In this document: piece by piece, positions 1-10,161 of the stretch
How the letters are laid out: each line of letters begins with the position of its first letter
Position numbering within the stretch: position 1 is the stretch's first letter
NCBI GenBank assembly: GCA_963767735.1
Contig: CAVYES010000007.1
Span: 160,001-224,000, forward strand
Direction of reading: 5' to 3'
DNA length: 64,000 bases
Source of the DNA: Candidatus Bathyarchaeota archaeon
GTDB taxonomy: Archaea > Thermoproteota > Bathyarchaeia > Bathyarchaeales > Bathycorpusculaceae
Program-made: the position numbers and the translations under genes
Notes under the pieces: model-generated
What the model was told of the DNA's origin: nothing
The model's database searches: none
Seen by the model: only the letters and a program-made list of their open reading frames with translations

Positions 1-131
1 AAGCAGCATTGCATTACGATGACCCAAAAATTCTCGCCAAAATCTCTGAAGGGCTAGGCGAACCAATGGATGGGATAGATACTTCAAAGATGGAAGAAAA
101 CCAGAAAATGCAAACCCGGGGAACCAATTGA
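1..131 (+). CDS. pdxS: Pyridoxal 5'-phosphate synthase lyase subunit, C-terminal part (partial)
   Basis: Frame from base 3 reads AALHYDDPKILAKISEGLGEPMDGID...MQTRGTN*, a typical PdxS C-terminus; the TGA overlaps the pdxT TTG start. Confidence 0.85.
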   Translation, partial: AALHYDDPKILAKISEGLGEPMDGIDTSKMEENQKMQTRGTN

Positions 132-754
132 AAGTAGGAGTCATAGCTGTACAAGGTGCGGTAACCGAACACATCGATATTTTAAGGAAAGCAATGAAAG
201 AACTAAAAATCGACGGCTACACCGTACCTATAAGGGCAACTAAAGACCTCGACAATGTTTCTGGGCTTGTTATACCCGGAGGCGAATCAACAACAATAAG
301 TCGATTAATACTTGATGCTGGAGTGCAACAAAAAATAATTGAGCTTGCAAAAGAAGGAATACCAATTCTCGGAACCTGCGCAGGCGCAATCCTTCTGGCA
401 AAAGAGGGTGATGTACAAGTGAAACAGACCAAAACAAACCTACTGGGCCTAATGGAAATGGAGGTCAACAGAAACGCTTACGGTCGACAAGTTGATTCTT
501 TTGAAGTGGATTTGCAAATAGACGAAATCGGAAAAGAACCTTTCAAAGGAATATTTATCCGTGCACCGACCATCGAAAAAGTTTGGGGCTCCACTAGCGT
601 TTGGGCGAAGCACCAAACTAAAGTTGTAGGCGCGAAAAGAGGAAATATTTTAGTCCTAACTTTCCACCCAGAGCTAGGCGAAGACCTGAGAATTCATGAA
701 TACTTCCTAAAAATGGTTTCAAACCAAGAAATTGCTAATGCAAATCGACAGTAA
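128..754 (+). CDS. pdxT: PLP synthase glutaminase subunit
   Basis: GVIAVQGA, IPGGEST, GTCAG, FIRAP and FHPEL motifs; follows pdxS. Confidence 0.95.
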   Translation: MKVGVIAVQGAVTEHIDILRKAMKELKIDGYTVPIRATKDLDNVSGLVIPGGESTTISRLILDAGVQQKIIELAKEGIPILGTCAGAILLAKEGDVQVKQTKTNLLGLMEMEVNRNAYGRQVDSFEVDLQIDEIGKEPFKGIFIRAPTIEKVWGSTSVWAKHQTKVVGAKRGNILVLTFHPELGEDLRIHEYFLKMVSNQEIANANRQ

Positions 755-823
755 TACATCTCTTCGCCAAGCCGTTGAAAAAGGTTGCCACGCTTAAAAG
801 CTAGATTTTACTGATGGTAAGCT

Positions 824-1831
824 ATGAAACTGCCTCCTGGAAAAATCCCGTTAGACATCCTAAAAGAAGTTGTCTTCAAAAACTTGGGTGCCGAACGCAG
901 TGAAGTAGTTTTAGGTCCTGCCGCTGGATTAGATGGTGCAGTATTGGATGTTGGGAGCAAGAACGCCATCGTTTCCATGGATCCCATCACTGGTGCAGTT
1001 GAACGGATCGGATGGGAAGCCATCAACATTAATGCTAATGATGTGGCTACGTTTGGGGTTGAACCCGCCTTTTTCTTCTCATGCTTGCTTTTGCCAGAGA
1101 ACGTTGACAGCAAAATCGTTGAAACCATAAGCAGCCAAATGAACGCCGCCGCCAAGGAGCTGGGCATTGCGATTGTTGGAGGACACTGCGAATCAACTCC
1201 GGGACTGACTAACCCGATAGTGGTTGGCTGCATCATGGGCTTAACTGAAAAAGGCAAATACGTTACCGCTGCAGGCGCCAAAGCAGGCGACAAGCTGATT
1301 TTAACAAAAAGTGCTGGAATTGAAGGCACTGCAATCTTAGCCTCCGACCGCGAAGCGCAACTAAAAAAAGTTTTTACCCCGAGCTTCATAGAGAGTGCCA
1401 AACGTTTCTCCGGTCAAATAAGCATCGTAAAAGACGCCTTAACAGCTTATAGAACAGGCGGAGTCCACGCGATGCATGACCCAACTGAAGGCGGAATACT
1501 AAACGGCATTCACGAAATGGCAGACGCAGCTGGCTTGGGCGTGCGCGTTTTTGAAGAGAAAATTACGGTTGAACCTGAAACCGCAAAAATATGCAGGTTC
1601 TATGAAATTGACCCTTTGCAACTGATTAGTTCAGGCGCGCTACTCATAGCTGCCAAACCTGAAGAAGCAAACAAAATAATCGATGCCTTAAGCCTTGAGC
1701 ATATTTACGCTGACCTCATAGGCGAATTCAACATCTCCCCCAACAAACGAATACTAATGCATAAAGACGACACCGCAGAAATGCTGCCAAGACCTGTCTC
1801 AGACCACCTATGGATTGCTTTAACCAATTAA
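824..1831 (+). CDS. AIR synthase-related (PurM/HypE-like) family protein
   Basis: DPITG, ANDVA, GGHCE, GDKLILTK and MHDPTEGG motifs. Confidence 0.85.
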   Translation: MKLPPGKIPLDILKEVVFKNLGAERSEVVLGPAAGLDGAVLDVGSKNAIVSMDPITGAVERIGWEAININANDVATFGVEPAFFFSCLLLPENVDSKIVETISSQMNAAAKELGIAIVGGHCESTPGLTNPIVVGCIMGLTEKGKYVTAAGAKAGDKLILTKSAGIEGTAILASDREAQLKKVFTPSFIESAKRFSGQISIVKDALTAYRTGGVHAMHDPTEGGILNGIHEMADAAGLGVRVFEEKITVEPETAKICRFYEIDPLQLISSGALLIAAKPEEANKIIDALSLEHIYADLIGEFNISPNKRILMHKDDTAEMLPRPVSDHLWIALTN

Positions 1832-1946
1832 ATCGCGTCTTATTCCACTTAGCGGCACCTGTAAAACAGCACAAAGGTTAATAGATATAATCGAATTTTA
1901 CCGATGGTGCTTTAGGACTCATGCAGCAATTTAAATCAAAAGATAG

Positions 1947-2945
1947 GTGCATGGACGGTTAAAAATGAAAGTTTACGTTAAAACCCCAGCCAGACTACAT
2001 TTAGGACTCATTGATTTAGGAGGCGAACTGGGGCGGGTTTTTGGCGGAATAGGAGTAGCCGTAAATCGACCTAACGTTATTCTTGAGGCAAAATCAGCCC
2101 AAAATCTTGAGTTTTCGGGCGAAAAAAACGAAAATTTACGACCCATAGTGGAACGGCTGCTTAAAAAATATAACATAAAACCCCAAGTTTCTATTAACGT
2201 AAGACAGACCATCCCTGAGCACGTTGGATTAGGTTCGGGAACCCAGTTATCGTTAGCCGCTGCCGCTGCGGTATCAAGGCTTTTTGGTTTGAAGGTCCCG
2301 GTTGAAAGTCTAGCTTGTTTAACGGGAAGAGGATATGTTTCGGGTGTAGGAACAGCACTCTTCAAGCAAGGCGGTTTTGTTGTTGAAGCTGGATTAAAAA
2401 GTCAAGGAAACAAGCCTGCTCCCCAAGCCTTGGAAAATCTTCCGCCGGTAATATTTCGTCAGTCATTTCCAGCAGACTGGTTTTTCGTTATAGCTATCCC
2501 CGACGTTAAAAAAGGATTGTCTGGTCAAGAGGAAGCCAAAGCGTTTGGGCATTTGCAGCCCATGCATAGAGAAAAAGCCGCCCTCATAAGTCACCTGATA
2601 GTTATGGGACTGCTACCAGCGCTCCAAGAAAGAGACATAGAAACCTTTGGAAAATCGTTAACAGAAATCCAAAGCATAGTGGGAGACTACTTTGCAACGG
2701 TTCAAGGAGCACGATTCTCAAGTTCCCCAGCGGGAGACTGCATAAGGCACATGCTGGAAAACGGAGCTCACGGCGCAGGGCAAAGCTCCTGGGGGCCAAC
2801 CGTTTACGGACTCGCCCACGGAGAAGCAGAAGCAAAAAAACTGTCAATTTCAACCAAGAAGTTCTTGCAAGAAAACGTCGGCGGACAAGTATTCTTCACA
2901 ACAGCAAACAATAAAGGAGCCTACATAAAAACAGCGGCATCATAA
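1947..2945 (+). CDS. mptG: Beta-ribofuranosylaminobenzene 5'-phosphate (RFAP) synthase, GHMP-kinase fold; likely start ATG 1965
   Basis: TPARLHLGLIDL, HVGLGSGTQ, GGFVVEAG and GQSSWGPT motifs. Confidence 0.85.
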   Translation: MHGRLKMKVYVKTPARLHLGLIDLGGELGRVFGGIGVAVNRPNVILEAKSAQNLEFSGEKNENLRPIVERLLKKYNIKPQVSINVRQTIPEHVGLGSGTQLSLAAAAAVSRLFGLKVPVESLACLTGRGYVSGVGTALFKQGGFVVEAGLKSQGNKPAPQALENLPPVIFRQSFPADWFFVIAIPDVKKGLSGQEEAKAFGHLQPMHREKAALISHLIVMGLLPALQERDIETFGKSLTEIQSIVGDYFATVQGARFSSSPAGDCIRHMLENGAHGAGQSSWGPTVYGLAHGEAEAKKLSISTKKFLQENVGGQVFFTTANNKGAYIKTAAS

Positions 2946-2992
2946 AAAACAGGTCTTAGAATAACACAAAACGCAAGATTTACTTGGAATAA

Positions 2993-3796
2993 TTGAGGAG
3001 AAAACACGTGAACTTTACACTGGATGATTGGCTTCCGTGGTATAACAAAATTCTTGAAACCTTCGGGTACGACCAGTCGGGAGATCAGCGGGCAACTGAT
3101 TTGCTCAGCGTGTTGCTTGAGGGGCGGGCTGGGCATGTGACTGAACTAAGGAAGCTAATTGAAAATAGACCTGTGTTGGTTTTTGGTGCCGGTCCATCTC
3201 TTGAAGAAGACCTCAGAGAAGTCATAAAAGAAGGACTCTTGAAAAAGACCGTGACCGTCGTAGCTGACGGAGCGACAACAGCCTTCGTTCAAATATCAGG
3301 AACAACACCAAATGTAATCGTAACCGACCTGGACGGAATAATAAGCGACATTGTTTATGCTCAGCGTCTAGGAGCTATTATGGTTATTCATGCGCACGGC
3401 GATAATATTGAAAAGTTGAAAAAATATGTGCCAGAATTCTCTAGAGCTATAGGCAGCACACAGGCGCAGCCCCGTTCTAATGTCCACAATTTTCTGGGTT
3501 TCACCGACGGTGACAGGGCAGTTTTTCTAGCAGCAGGAATGGGGGCTAAACTGATTGCCTTAGCTGGAATGGATTTCGGATGCACCGTGGGCAAATACTC
3601 CAAGAAACAAGTGGCATCAATTGAGGTTAAGAGAAAAAAACTCAAGTTCGGGAAAGAACTACTTGAATGGCTAGCTACTGAAATGGCAGAAAAAATTAAG
3701 CTTTATAACATCACGTTTAACGGGGAAAACATTGAGGGATTTAGAAACATCAAAACCTCAGATTTACAAAAAATTGTCCGAAGCGCAACAATGTGA
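2993..3796 (+). CDS. mptE: 6-hydroxymethyl-7,8-dihydropterin pyrophosphokinase (DUF115/MptE)
   Basis: GAGPSL, ADGAT, VTDLDG, HAHGDN, GFTDGDRA and GMDFG motifs. Confidence 0.85.
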   Translation: MRRKHVNFTLDDWLPWYNKILETFGYDQSGDQRATDLLSVLLEGRAGHVTELRKLIENRPVLVFGAGPSLEEDLREVIKEGLLKKTVTVVADGATTAFVQISGTTPNVIVTDLDGIISDIVYAQRLGAIMVIHAHGDNIEKLKKYVPEFSRAIGSTQAQPRSNVHNFLGFTDGDRAVFLAAGMGAKLIALAGMDFGCTVGKYSKKQVASIEVKRKKLKFGKELLEWLATEMAEKIKLYNITFNGENIEGFRNIKTSDLQKIVRSATM

Positions 3797-3835
3797 AAAA
3801 CAGACTTTTTGGGACTCAAAAGATGCGGGCTACGG

Positions 3836-4453
3836 TTAGAGACCGGGTATATTTGTCTCTACTAAGTTTATGTCCATGCTGTAAGACTGCCCGTCAACAG
3901 TTGGAGAGGTCATGACCATTTTGATTGGCCACTGTATGCTGTTGTCAACGTAGTACGTGGCGCTGACGCCTTGGCTGCTGTATGTGTAGACAGTGCAACT
4001 TCGTGTTCCAAGGTTCGGCAAAGTTATTTGCGCGCTATAAGTGCTATTCAAAGGCAAGCCCTCTGGTTGGTATGTCATGTTTTCCCTGCTTACCCAAGTC
4101 GTAGTCGTGTTCGTCGTTGCGCCAAAGGGTGTTGACATACTGTAGCTAGTTAGGACTTGAATTTGAGTTTCGTTGAGACCGATGATTTCCATGGTTGCGT
4201 TGAAGTTAACTGTCATTGATAGGACAGTGGCTTGGCCTGTGTATGTGGCGTATGCGCCTATTTTAATCCAGGATTGAGAAGTATTTTGATTGCTAGTTTG
4301 ACTGCTAGACGGGTTCTGACCGGTTAATAATAGTCCGCTGGTTAAGGTTGCTGCTAGAGCAATAACTAGGATAGCGACTGCGATTAAGGCTATTTTCTTT
4401 TTGCTGTGGGTAACGATTTTTGTGTTTTGCTGATTGGTTTCCAATTTGGTCAC
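3836..4453 (-). CDS. Hypothetical membrane-anchored/secreted protein
   Basis: N-terminal hydrophobic helix, Ser/Thr/Gln-rich linker, beta-rich domain. Confidence 0.7.
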   Translation of the reverse strand: MTKLETNQQNTKIVTHSKKKIALIAVAILVIALAATLTSGLLLTGQNPSSSQTSNQNTSQSWIKIGAYATYTGQATVLSMTVNFNATMEIIGLNETQIQVLTSYSMSTPFGATTNTTTTWVSRENMTYQPEGLPLNSTYSAQITLPNLGTRSCTVYTYSSQGVSATYYVDNSIQWPIKMVMTSPTVDGQSYSMDINLVETNIPGL

Positions 4454-4600
4454 TTCCAGCGTATTAAGTATTGCGAAACCATATATATCTTTTGGAAGGC
4501 AAACCAGATTTGAGAAATAAATTAAAAAACTACGAACTCAAATCAATTAAGTCAGCCAACATTTTCTAAAAACAACTTTTCAAGAAATCAGTACTATGCT

Positions 4601-5752
4601 TTAGGGTTTTTTGAAAATATCCAACCCTTTTTGCACCGCTTCGCCGAGATAAAGGTTGTCAAAGATTGTGCCTTCGCTTTCTCTTAGTTTCATGACGCGG
4701 ATTATTTCTTCGAATTTGCCGTGAGCTATCCCGTTGGCAAACACCGCCGCACCTTCTGCCGCTTGTTTAGACATCTTTGCCTCGCCTTGAAATCTCACAA
4801 CATCAACGTGCGAGCCAATCGCGCTAAAGAAGTCTTGCAATCTCAACTTTATCGCATCAACGAACGGGGGCATATTTACGAATCGCCCGCTTAGAATCAC
4901 TTCTTTGGGTTTAATGGCGGGTAGAAGTGAGGCAACGTCTTTAACTATTGATTCCATCATTAGGTCATATCCTGCTCGCACTTTTTCGTTGCTTTTGGCA
5001 AGAGTGATGAACTCTTCCAAGGGTTTTGAGGTGTCAATTCCAGCGACTGATGCGCATCCTCCGGTGAAAAGCATGAGTTTTGAGAAATCTTTAACTGTGT
5101 TAGCCAAAGCGTAGGCGACCTCTGAATCCAAGAAGCCCATGCCAAGATATGAGGGAAAACCCGCGGTTCCTGCCATGGCATCAACTATTTGGCCGTTTTT
5201 AATCGCCATCGCCGAGGTATATGCAAATCCTATTTCTAAAAGGATGCAGTTGGTTTCTTCATAGGGGATTTTTAGTCTTTCTGCTTGATTCTTAACTGCT
5301 AAAACGGCACTGAGTACTTTATCGGATGTACCCATGTCTATCTTGTTCGCTTTTCTGTACTTAGGAACCGTCGTTAAGTGAACCACTGACGGCGTAAACC
5401 AAACCTCAAGGTCCGCGGCAGTCTTCATCATTTTCATGGCTTCTCTTAAGCCAATAATCTTCAGCTTCCTTTCCACGTCAGCCTCAGTTACAAAAGTTGC
5501 CAATGCAATGTCTGCGTAGCTTGCATCCTTTGCTTTTTGAAGAGACATTCCGTATCCGGAAGGTCCAACAATTGCATCTATGGAACCCGCGGTCCGTTGG
5601 GTTTCCCTGAGCTTTTCGATTATGACGCTGGGTTTCTTGGTTATTTCGTCTCGAGGTATAGCTGTGTCAATTAAGACTTTTCCGTTTTCGTCGTCGAAAC
5701 CGAAGATGTCCATGGTTTTTGTTCCGGAATCTATTCCGATAGCTTTAACCAT
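4601..5752 (-). CDS. DUF1464 family ASKHA-fold (butyrate-kinase-like) protein
   Basis: GIDSGTKT, GPSGYG, NKIDMGTSDK and ILSGR motifs; 2 bp downstream of the second RFAP synthase. Confidence 0.75.
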   Translation of the reverse strand: MVKAIGIDSGTKTMDIFGFDDENGKVLIDTAIPRDEITKKPSVIIEKLRETQRTAGSIDAIVGPSGYGMSLQKAKDASYADIALATFVTEADVERKLKIIGLREAMKMMKTAADLEVWFTPSVVHLTTVPKYRKANKIDMGTSDKVLSAVLAVKNQAERLKIPYEETNCILLEIGFAYTSAMAIKNGQIVDAMAGTAGFPSYLGMGFLDSEVAYALANTVKDFSKLMLFTGGCASVAGIDTSKPLEEFITLAKSNEKVRAGYDLMMESIVKDVASLLPAIKPKEVILSGRFVNMPPFVDAIKLRLQDFFSAIGSHVDVVRFQGEAKMSKQAAEGAAVFANGIAHGKFEEIIRVMKLRESEGTIFDNLYLGEAVQKGLDIFKKP

Positions 5753-5754
5753 GT

Positions 5755-6717
5755 TTATGCCTTCGAAACGGAAGCGCCACTATTATTTGCTTTAGTGTAG
5801 AATACTTCGCCACCGCTACTCTTCTTTAGGTACTGCTTTAACTCTTCGGTTAGGCGTTTGGCTTCTGCTTCCCCTTGCACAAGGGAGTAGAATGTTGGTC
5901 CCCAAGAGGTTTGGCATGCGCATGAGCTATGTTGCAGCATGAGTTTGATGCCGCCTTCAACCACTTTATTGCGGTATGTGCCTTCCTGATATGAACTCCA
6001 GAATTGCCCGAGCTTTTGGTTAAAAGCGGTTAATCCTTCGCCGAATTCTTTGATGTTTTTCTCTACGAAGGCAGGCATGATTTTAACTAAAACTATTCTT
6101 GAAAGTTGGTCAGATTGCTCTTTTAGCATAACTTTCAAGTTGCCTAATATTTCGTCTTCTTTTGAGCGCATCTTTGTTATTTCAACTCTAGATTCATCAG
6201 GGATAGCCACCACAAAAAACCAGTCTTTCGGCATCGCGCTTTGAAATATGAGAGGCGGAACCATCTTTTCTCTTTGGTCAACTTTGAATCCGCCTTCAAT
6301 TATGAATCCGCCCGTCTTGAATGCGTAGACACCTAATGCAGTTATTGTTCCCCTGCCCATAATTAGAGCCACATCTTCAACGCTCAAATTTAAACCATAA
6401 AGATTGGATAATCCGACTCCGATTGAGAGAGCTAATGTGGTGTGAAATCCTAAGCCAACAAACTTTGGAATCTCTCTCTTAATGTGGACTTCTGCGCCTT
6501 CTATGTGTGTTTTTTCCACAAAGCGTTTTGCAAATTTGAATGCATCTTTATCTTCAGCCTTGATTCCCTTTGCTTTGGCAACTTCAACTTCAAGCGGAAG
6601 ATCAATGGCGAAACCCACCGTTCCATAGAGCCTTCCTAAATCGCCAGTTAAATCAAAATTCCCTGTATGCAAATGTGCCGGAGCGCTAATTGCCAACTTT
6701 TCCAAATAAACCACCAA
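5755..6717 (-). CDS. Second RFAP synthase-family (GHMP fold) protein
   Basis: APAHLHTGNFDL, FVGLGFHTT, GGFIIEGG and CQTSWGPT; divergent paralog of 1947-2945. Confidence 0.8.
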   Translation of the reverse strand: MVVYLEKLAISAPAHLHTGNFDLTGDLGRLYGTVGFAIDLPLEVEVAKAKGIKAEDKDAFKFAKRFVEKTHIEGAEVHIKREIPKFVGLGFHTTLALSIGVGLSNLYGLNLSVEDVALIMGRGTITALGVYAFKTGGFIIEGGFKVDQREKMVPPLIFQSAMPKDWFFVVAIPDESRVEITKMRSKEDEILGNLKVMLKEQSDQLSRIVLVKIMPAFVEKNIKEFGEGLTAFNQKLGQFWSSYQEGTYRNKVVEGGIKLMLQHSSCACQTSWGPTFYSLVQGEAEAKRLTEELKQYLKKSSGGEVFYTKANNSGASVSKA

Positions 6718-6925
6718 GCAATTTTTAAAGACGCAATTAATTAAGTCGAAACTAATAAACTATTAGATTAGGGCTCCGCCAAGTCTTGGGGTGATGTTCT
6801 TCCTTAACCTTCGGGTGTCAACACTCACTGATAGTTCCGCGAACGACCCAACACCAACGTTCTAAAACTTAGAATTAAATATCAGAAAGAGCCTAACCAA
6901 CCTCGCTTGTAGCCTCAGTGATGGG

Positions 6926-7546
6926 ATGGATAAAAATCTGAAAATAGTCTTAGCGGTTGTCTTAATTGTTGTGATTGAAGTAAGTGGAATATTCTGGTTT
7001 CCTGCCTTATCGCGAACACTTAAACCAGCAAGCAGCGGGCCAACTACACCAGCAACCAACGTGGAGCAGATAACCGCACAATATCTTCCAGGATATGTTT
7101 TCCAAACCATTTCAAACTCAGGTGAGGGAACGATTTTTGAATCAGCCACAAGAATCTTTTTGGTTTCCGCCGAAACATATTACGGGTACGCCAACGAGAC
7201 AGTAAAATCACCTAACCCTTTTGAAGGTAACATAATTAACAAGGGCGACCCAATTTTCATAATAAATGCCACATTGAGGAACGATTACAGCCCTCAAAAG
7301 CCACTACCCCTATCCAGGGATAATTACGCATATATTTTCGTCACCGCAGCTCTCTATTCCCAAAATGTAACAATAAATATGAAGGATGTGAGTCCAACAG
7401 ACCCTCAAGTTGGGGGATTTCTCACTGCCTTCATTGTGTTAAGTAGTGGGGAAACGGCTTCTGTTGAGATTTGGTTGGCGACAGGCAATAGGAACATCGA
7501 CCATTACGAAATCAACCTCAGCGTCTTTGGAACTCCACCACCCTAA
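6926..7546 (+). CDS. Hypothetical membrane-anchored protein
   Basis: 206-aa ORF with N-terminal TM/signal helix. Confidence 0.65.
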   Translation: MDKNLKIVLAVVLIVVIEVSGIFWFPALSRTLKPASSGPTTPATNVEQITAQYLPGYVFQTISNSGEGTIFESATRIFLVSAETYYGYANETVKSPNPFEGNIINKGDPIFIINATLRNDYSPQKPLPLSRDNYAYIFVTAALYSQNVTINMKDVSPTDPQVGGFLTAFIVLSSGETASVEIWLATGNRNIDHYEINLSVFGTPPP

Positions 7547-7704
7547 GATTAGCCAGAATTATCTTAAACAATCAAAAATCGACTTATTGATGGGCGACAA
7601 ACCTAGCAAATATCTGGGCGCATTAAAACAAAGTAAATCTGGAAATCATAAAGTAAAGAATAATAAGCCACATCACCATTGCGGTTCACTTGGGATAGGG
7701 TTTA

Positions 7705-8521
7705 ATGGTGGAAACTGGAAAATTGAGGGCTAAATCGCAGGATAGTAAAGGGGTCTTAACTATCGATGTTCAAAACCAAATACCTGAAAACGAAATTGAA
7801 CTAGAAAAAGTCGGAATTGAAGGCCTAAGAAAACTTGTTTCTTTGAAACGGGCTAAAGCCACCTACAACGTTATTGTCACCATAAACAGCTACATTACCT
7901 TGCCAGCTAATCTTCGCGGCGTTCACATGAGCCGTTTTGTTGAATCAGTTAAGGCGACTCCAACCACCGCTTCGTCAATAGAAGATTTGGCTGAACTGAT
8001 TTCGAAACAAGCGTTAGAAAAACATGGAGTTGATTGTCAGACCGAAGTTTTTGGTGAACTTCCTTACGAAAGGACAAGGCCAGGCGGGGAGAAAGAAAGC
8101 TCAATAGCTCAAATGTTCGCTAAATACTCAACTAAGACAGGAAAGAAAACTGCAGGCATTCAAATTAATGGAGCGCTTAGCTTGCCCATGTTCAAAAGCA
8201 ATGTGCAATGGCTTAACTCACAACCAAAGAGGAAGCCTCAGCGTGGAAATAGACTCAAACCAAAAAACCCAACTGCTAGATGTCATCGAGATTTGCAGTC
8301 AAAGTTTTAGTTCACCTATATTTTCATTATTAAAAAGGTCTGAAGAAAAGAAAGTGGTGGAAAAAATGCATGAAAACGCCAGATTCGTCGAGGATGTGAC
8401 GAGAAAGTGCGTGCAACTTTTAAAAGAAAAGTATCCCGACAGGTATTGTAAAGTTAAATGCGTAAGCATAGAATCCATTCACGATCATAACGTTTTTTCA
8501 GAGTGGCGAGGAATCCTATAA
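7705..8521 (+). CDS. mptA: GTP cyclohydrolase IV / FolE2 family, split by a 1-nt insertion near 8178
   Basis: DVQN, KVGI and GVHMSRF in one frame; ACPCS, HNQR, LLKR, NARFVED and ESIHDH in the next; removing one base of CTTA joins them. Confidence 0.85.
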
Positions 8522-8895
8522 TCGAGGTTGCAGCCATGTATCGACTAAGAGTCGAAACAACATTTGATGCAGCACACAACATTCTCGCGTCCAACGGCAA
8601 ATGTGAAAGGCTACATGGGCACACATGGAAAATGGAACTCTTCATTACAGGCGAAAAAACAGAATCAACTGGCATGGTTATAGACTTTAACGTTCTAAAG
8701 ACAAACCTACAAGAATTAGCCGAAAAACTCGATCACACATACCTAAATGAGCTAACAGAAATCGGCAACCCAACATCTGAAAACATTTCAAAATACGCTT
8801 TTGACTTCCTCAAAAAAACGATGCCGAACTCGGTGAAACTAGAAAAAGTAAGAGTCTGGGAAAGCCCAAAAAGTTGGTGCGAATACTCAGAGTAA
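8503..8895 (+). CDS. queD: 6-carboxytetrahydropterin / PTP synthase; likely start ATG 8536
   Basis: FDAAH, CERLHGH, LDHTYLN, NPTSEN and VWESP motifs. Confidence 0.9.
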   Translation: MARNPIIEVAAMYRLRVETTFDAAHNILASNGKCERLHGHTWKMELFITGEKTESTGMVIDFNVLKTNLQELAEKLDHTYLNELTEIGNPTSENISKYAFDFLKKTMPNSVKLEKVRVWESPKSWCEYSE

Positions 8896-9153
8896 TCCAA
8901 ATGAAAAAATAAGTCATGGACATTTAGCTCTATTATTGTCTTTAGGGTATTTGTGTGTGCACATGTCTACTCTCTAGTCTACTAAATGATTCTATTAGAC
9001 GCCAAACATGATTCAACATAGGTGTGCACAGACCCAACGTCCCGCACTTTCAACATGAAAAGGCGTCTTTAACATAAAAAAAACAGGTTTTGATGTAGAA
9101 AAAAAGTCTAAAAAGAAAAATAAGAGCTGATTGTCAACGGGTTTTCGGACTAT

Positions 9154-9591
9154 TTATCTGCTGTGGTCGGCTAATGGATAGCGGCTCATGGCGGCAAGCA
9201 TCACTTCACTGAAGCTTTTTTTGCTGAGGTGCCTGGCAAAATCAGAAGCGGCTATTATACCGACCAACACGTTATTTTTTGTAACGGGAAGCCGCCTTAT
9301 TTTGTACTTGACCATTTTCCTTGCAGCATCTCGCAAGGAGGACCCTTCCTCAATTGTTACGAGCGGATCTGACATTATCTCTGAGACTTTAGTGTCAAGT
9401 GGTTTTTTCTGCGCCATTACCCTCCGTACTAAGTCTCTTTCAGTAACTATGCCTTTAGCCACAACACCCTCCATTACTACAAGATCACCCACGTCCTGTT
9501 GGTGCATCAGCTTCGCGGCTTCAAGAACAGTTCCCAAAACATCAATTGTAATGACATTCGTCGTCATAAAATCTTTAACGGTCGGCATCAC
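9154..9591 (-). CDS. CBS-pair domain protein
   Basis: VKDFMT, GIVTERDL, VSEIMS and IRRLPV motifs. Confidence 0.9.
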   Translation of the reverse strand: MMPTVKDFMTTNVITIDVLGTVLEAAKLMHQQDVGDLVVMEGVVAKGIVTERDLVRRVMAQKKPLDTKVSEIMSDPLVTIEEGSSLRDAARKMVKYKIRRLPVTKNNVLVGIIAASDFARHLSKKSFSEVMLAAMSRYPLADHSR

Positions 9592-9770
9592 TTTAATGGT
9601 CTATAAACTACCGTATAAAAGTTTTGTGACGCTACAATTCTGGAACGGGTTCCAAATACTTTATACTTCTTGGAAGCAGGATTCGAAAATGCCTACCAAA
9701 AGGACAACTTAATATTATTGAGAAAAAGAAAATAAATCAATAACAAAGCTATCAGAGACGGGCAAAAAGC

Positions 9771-9844
9771 GGCCGGGGTGAGGTAGCTTGGTAGCCTAGA
9801 GGCCTGTGGAGCCTTTTGCCAGGGTTCAAATCCCTGCCCCGGCC
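9771..9844 (+). tRNA. tRNA-His(GTG) with genome-encoded G-1
   Basis: Acceptor GCCGGGG/CCCCGGC plus G-1:C73; anticodon arm GAGGC-CT-GTG-GA-GCCTT; T-loop GGTTCAAATCC. Confidence 0.95.
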
Positions 9845-9872
9845 CTCCTCAAACTTCCATGATCCGTTAAGT

Positions 9873-9991
9873 GCAGGGGTCGCCGAGCATGGTCAAAGGC
9901 GTAGAACTGCTCTCCGATAAGAGGGTGGTATGTTAGCTTCAGGAGCCTATCCTGTAGAGGTTCGTGGGTTCAAATCCCACCCCCTGCACCA
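9873..9991 (+). tRNA. tRNA-Leu(CAG) with a 31-nt non-canonical intron at 29/30 (9905-9935); CCA encoded
   Basis: Acceptor GCAGGGG/CCCCTGC, long variable arm; after intron removal the anticodon arm is TAGGC-TT-CAG-GA-GCCTA; the junctions form a bulge-helix-bulge. Confidence 0.92.
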
Positions 9992-10161
9992 TTTCCAATT
10001 CAGCTTTTTTCAGTTATTGTTCATAATTGGGCTAAAACTTTTGTCAAAATTGAGTTGCCCCGTTGAGTGTGGCCTTGGCTGCTATCGTCACAATGTTTAA
10101 GAAGCAATTTCTGCATTGAATAATTATTGTAATCCTTGATTTCCTTTATGGAGGTGAGTTT

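Noticed and set aside
808-1401. Long antisense ORFs (also 9188-9712, 39793-40509, 62122-62595 and many others)
   Set aside because: They shadow well-supported genes on the opposite strand and have no motifs or SD
6791-6831. Possible C/D box sRNA (GTGATGT...CTGA)
   Set aside because: Only about 41 nt, imperfect C box and no convincing D'/C' pair
8170-8190. Programmed +1 frameshift in mptA at CTT-AGC (resembles the Ty1 CTT-AGG site)
   Set aside because: The same kind of single-base insertion breaks gatE twice, so sequencing error is the simpler explanation
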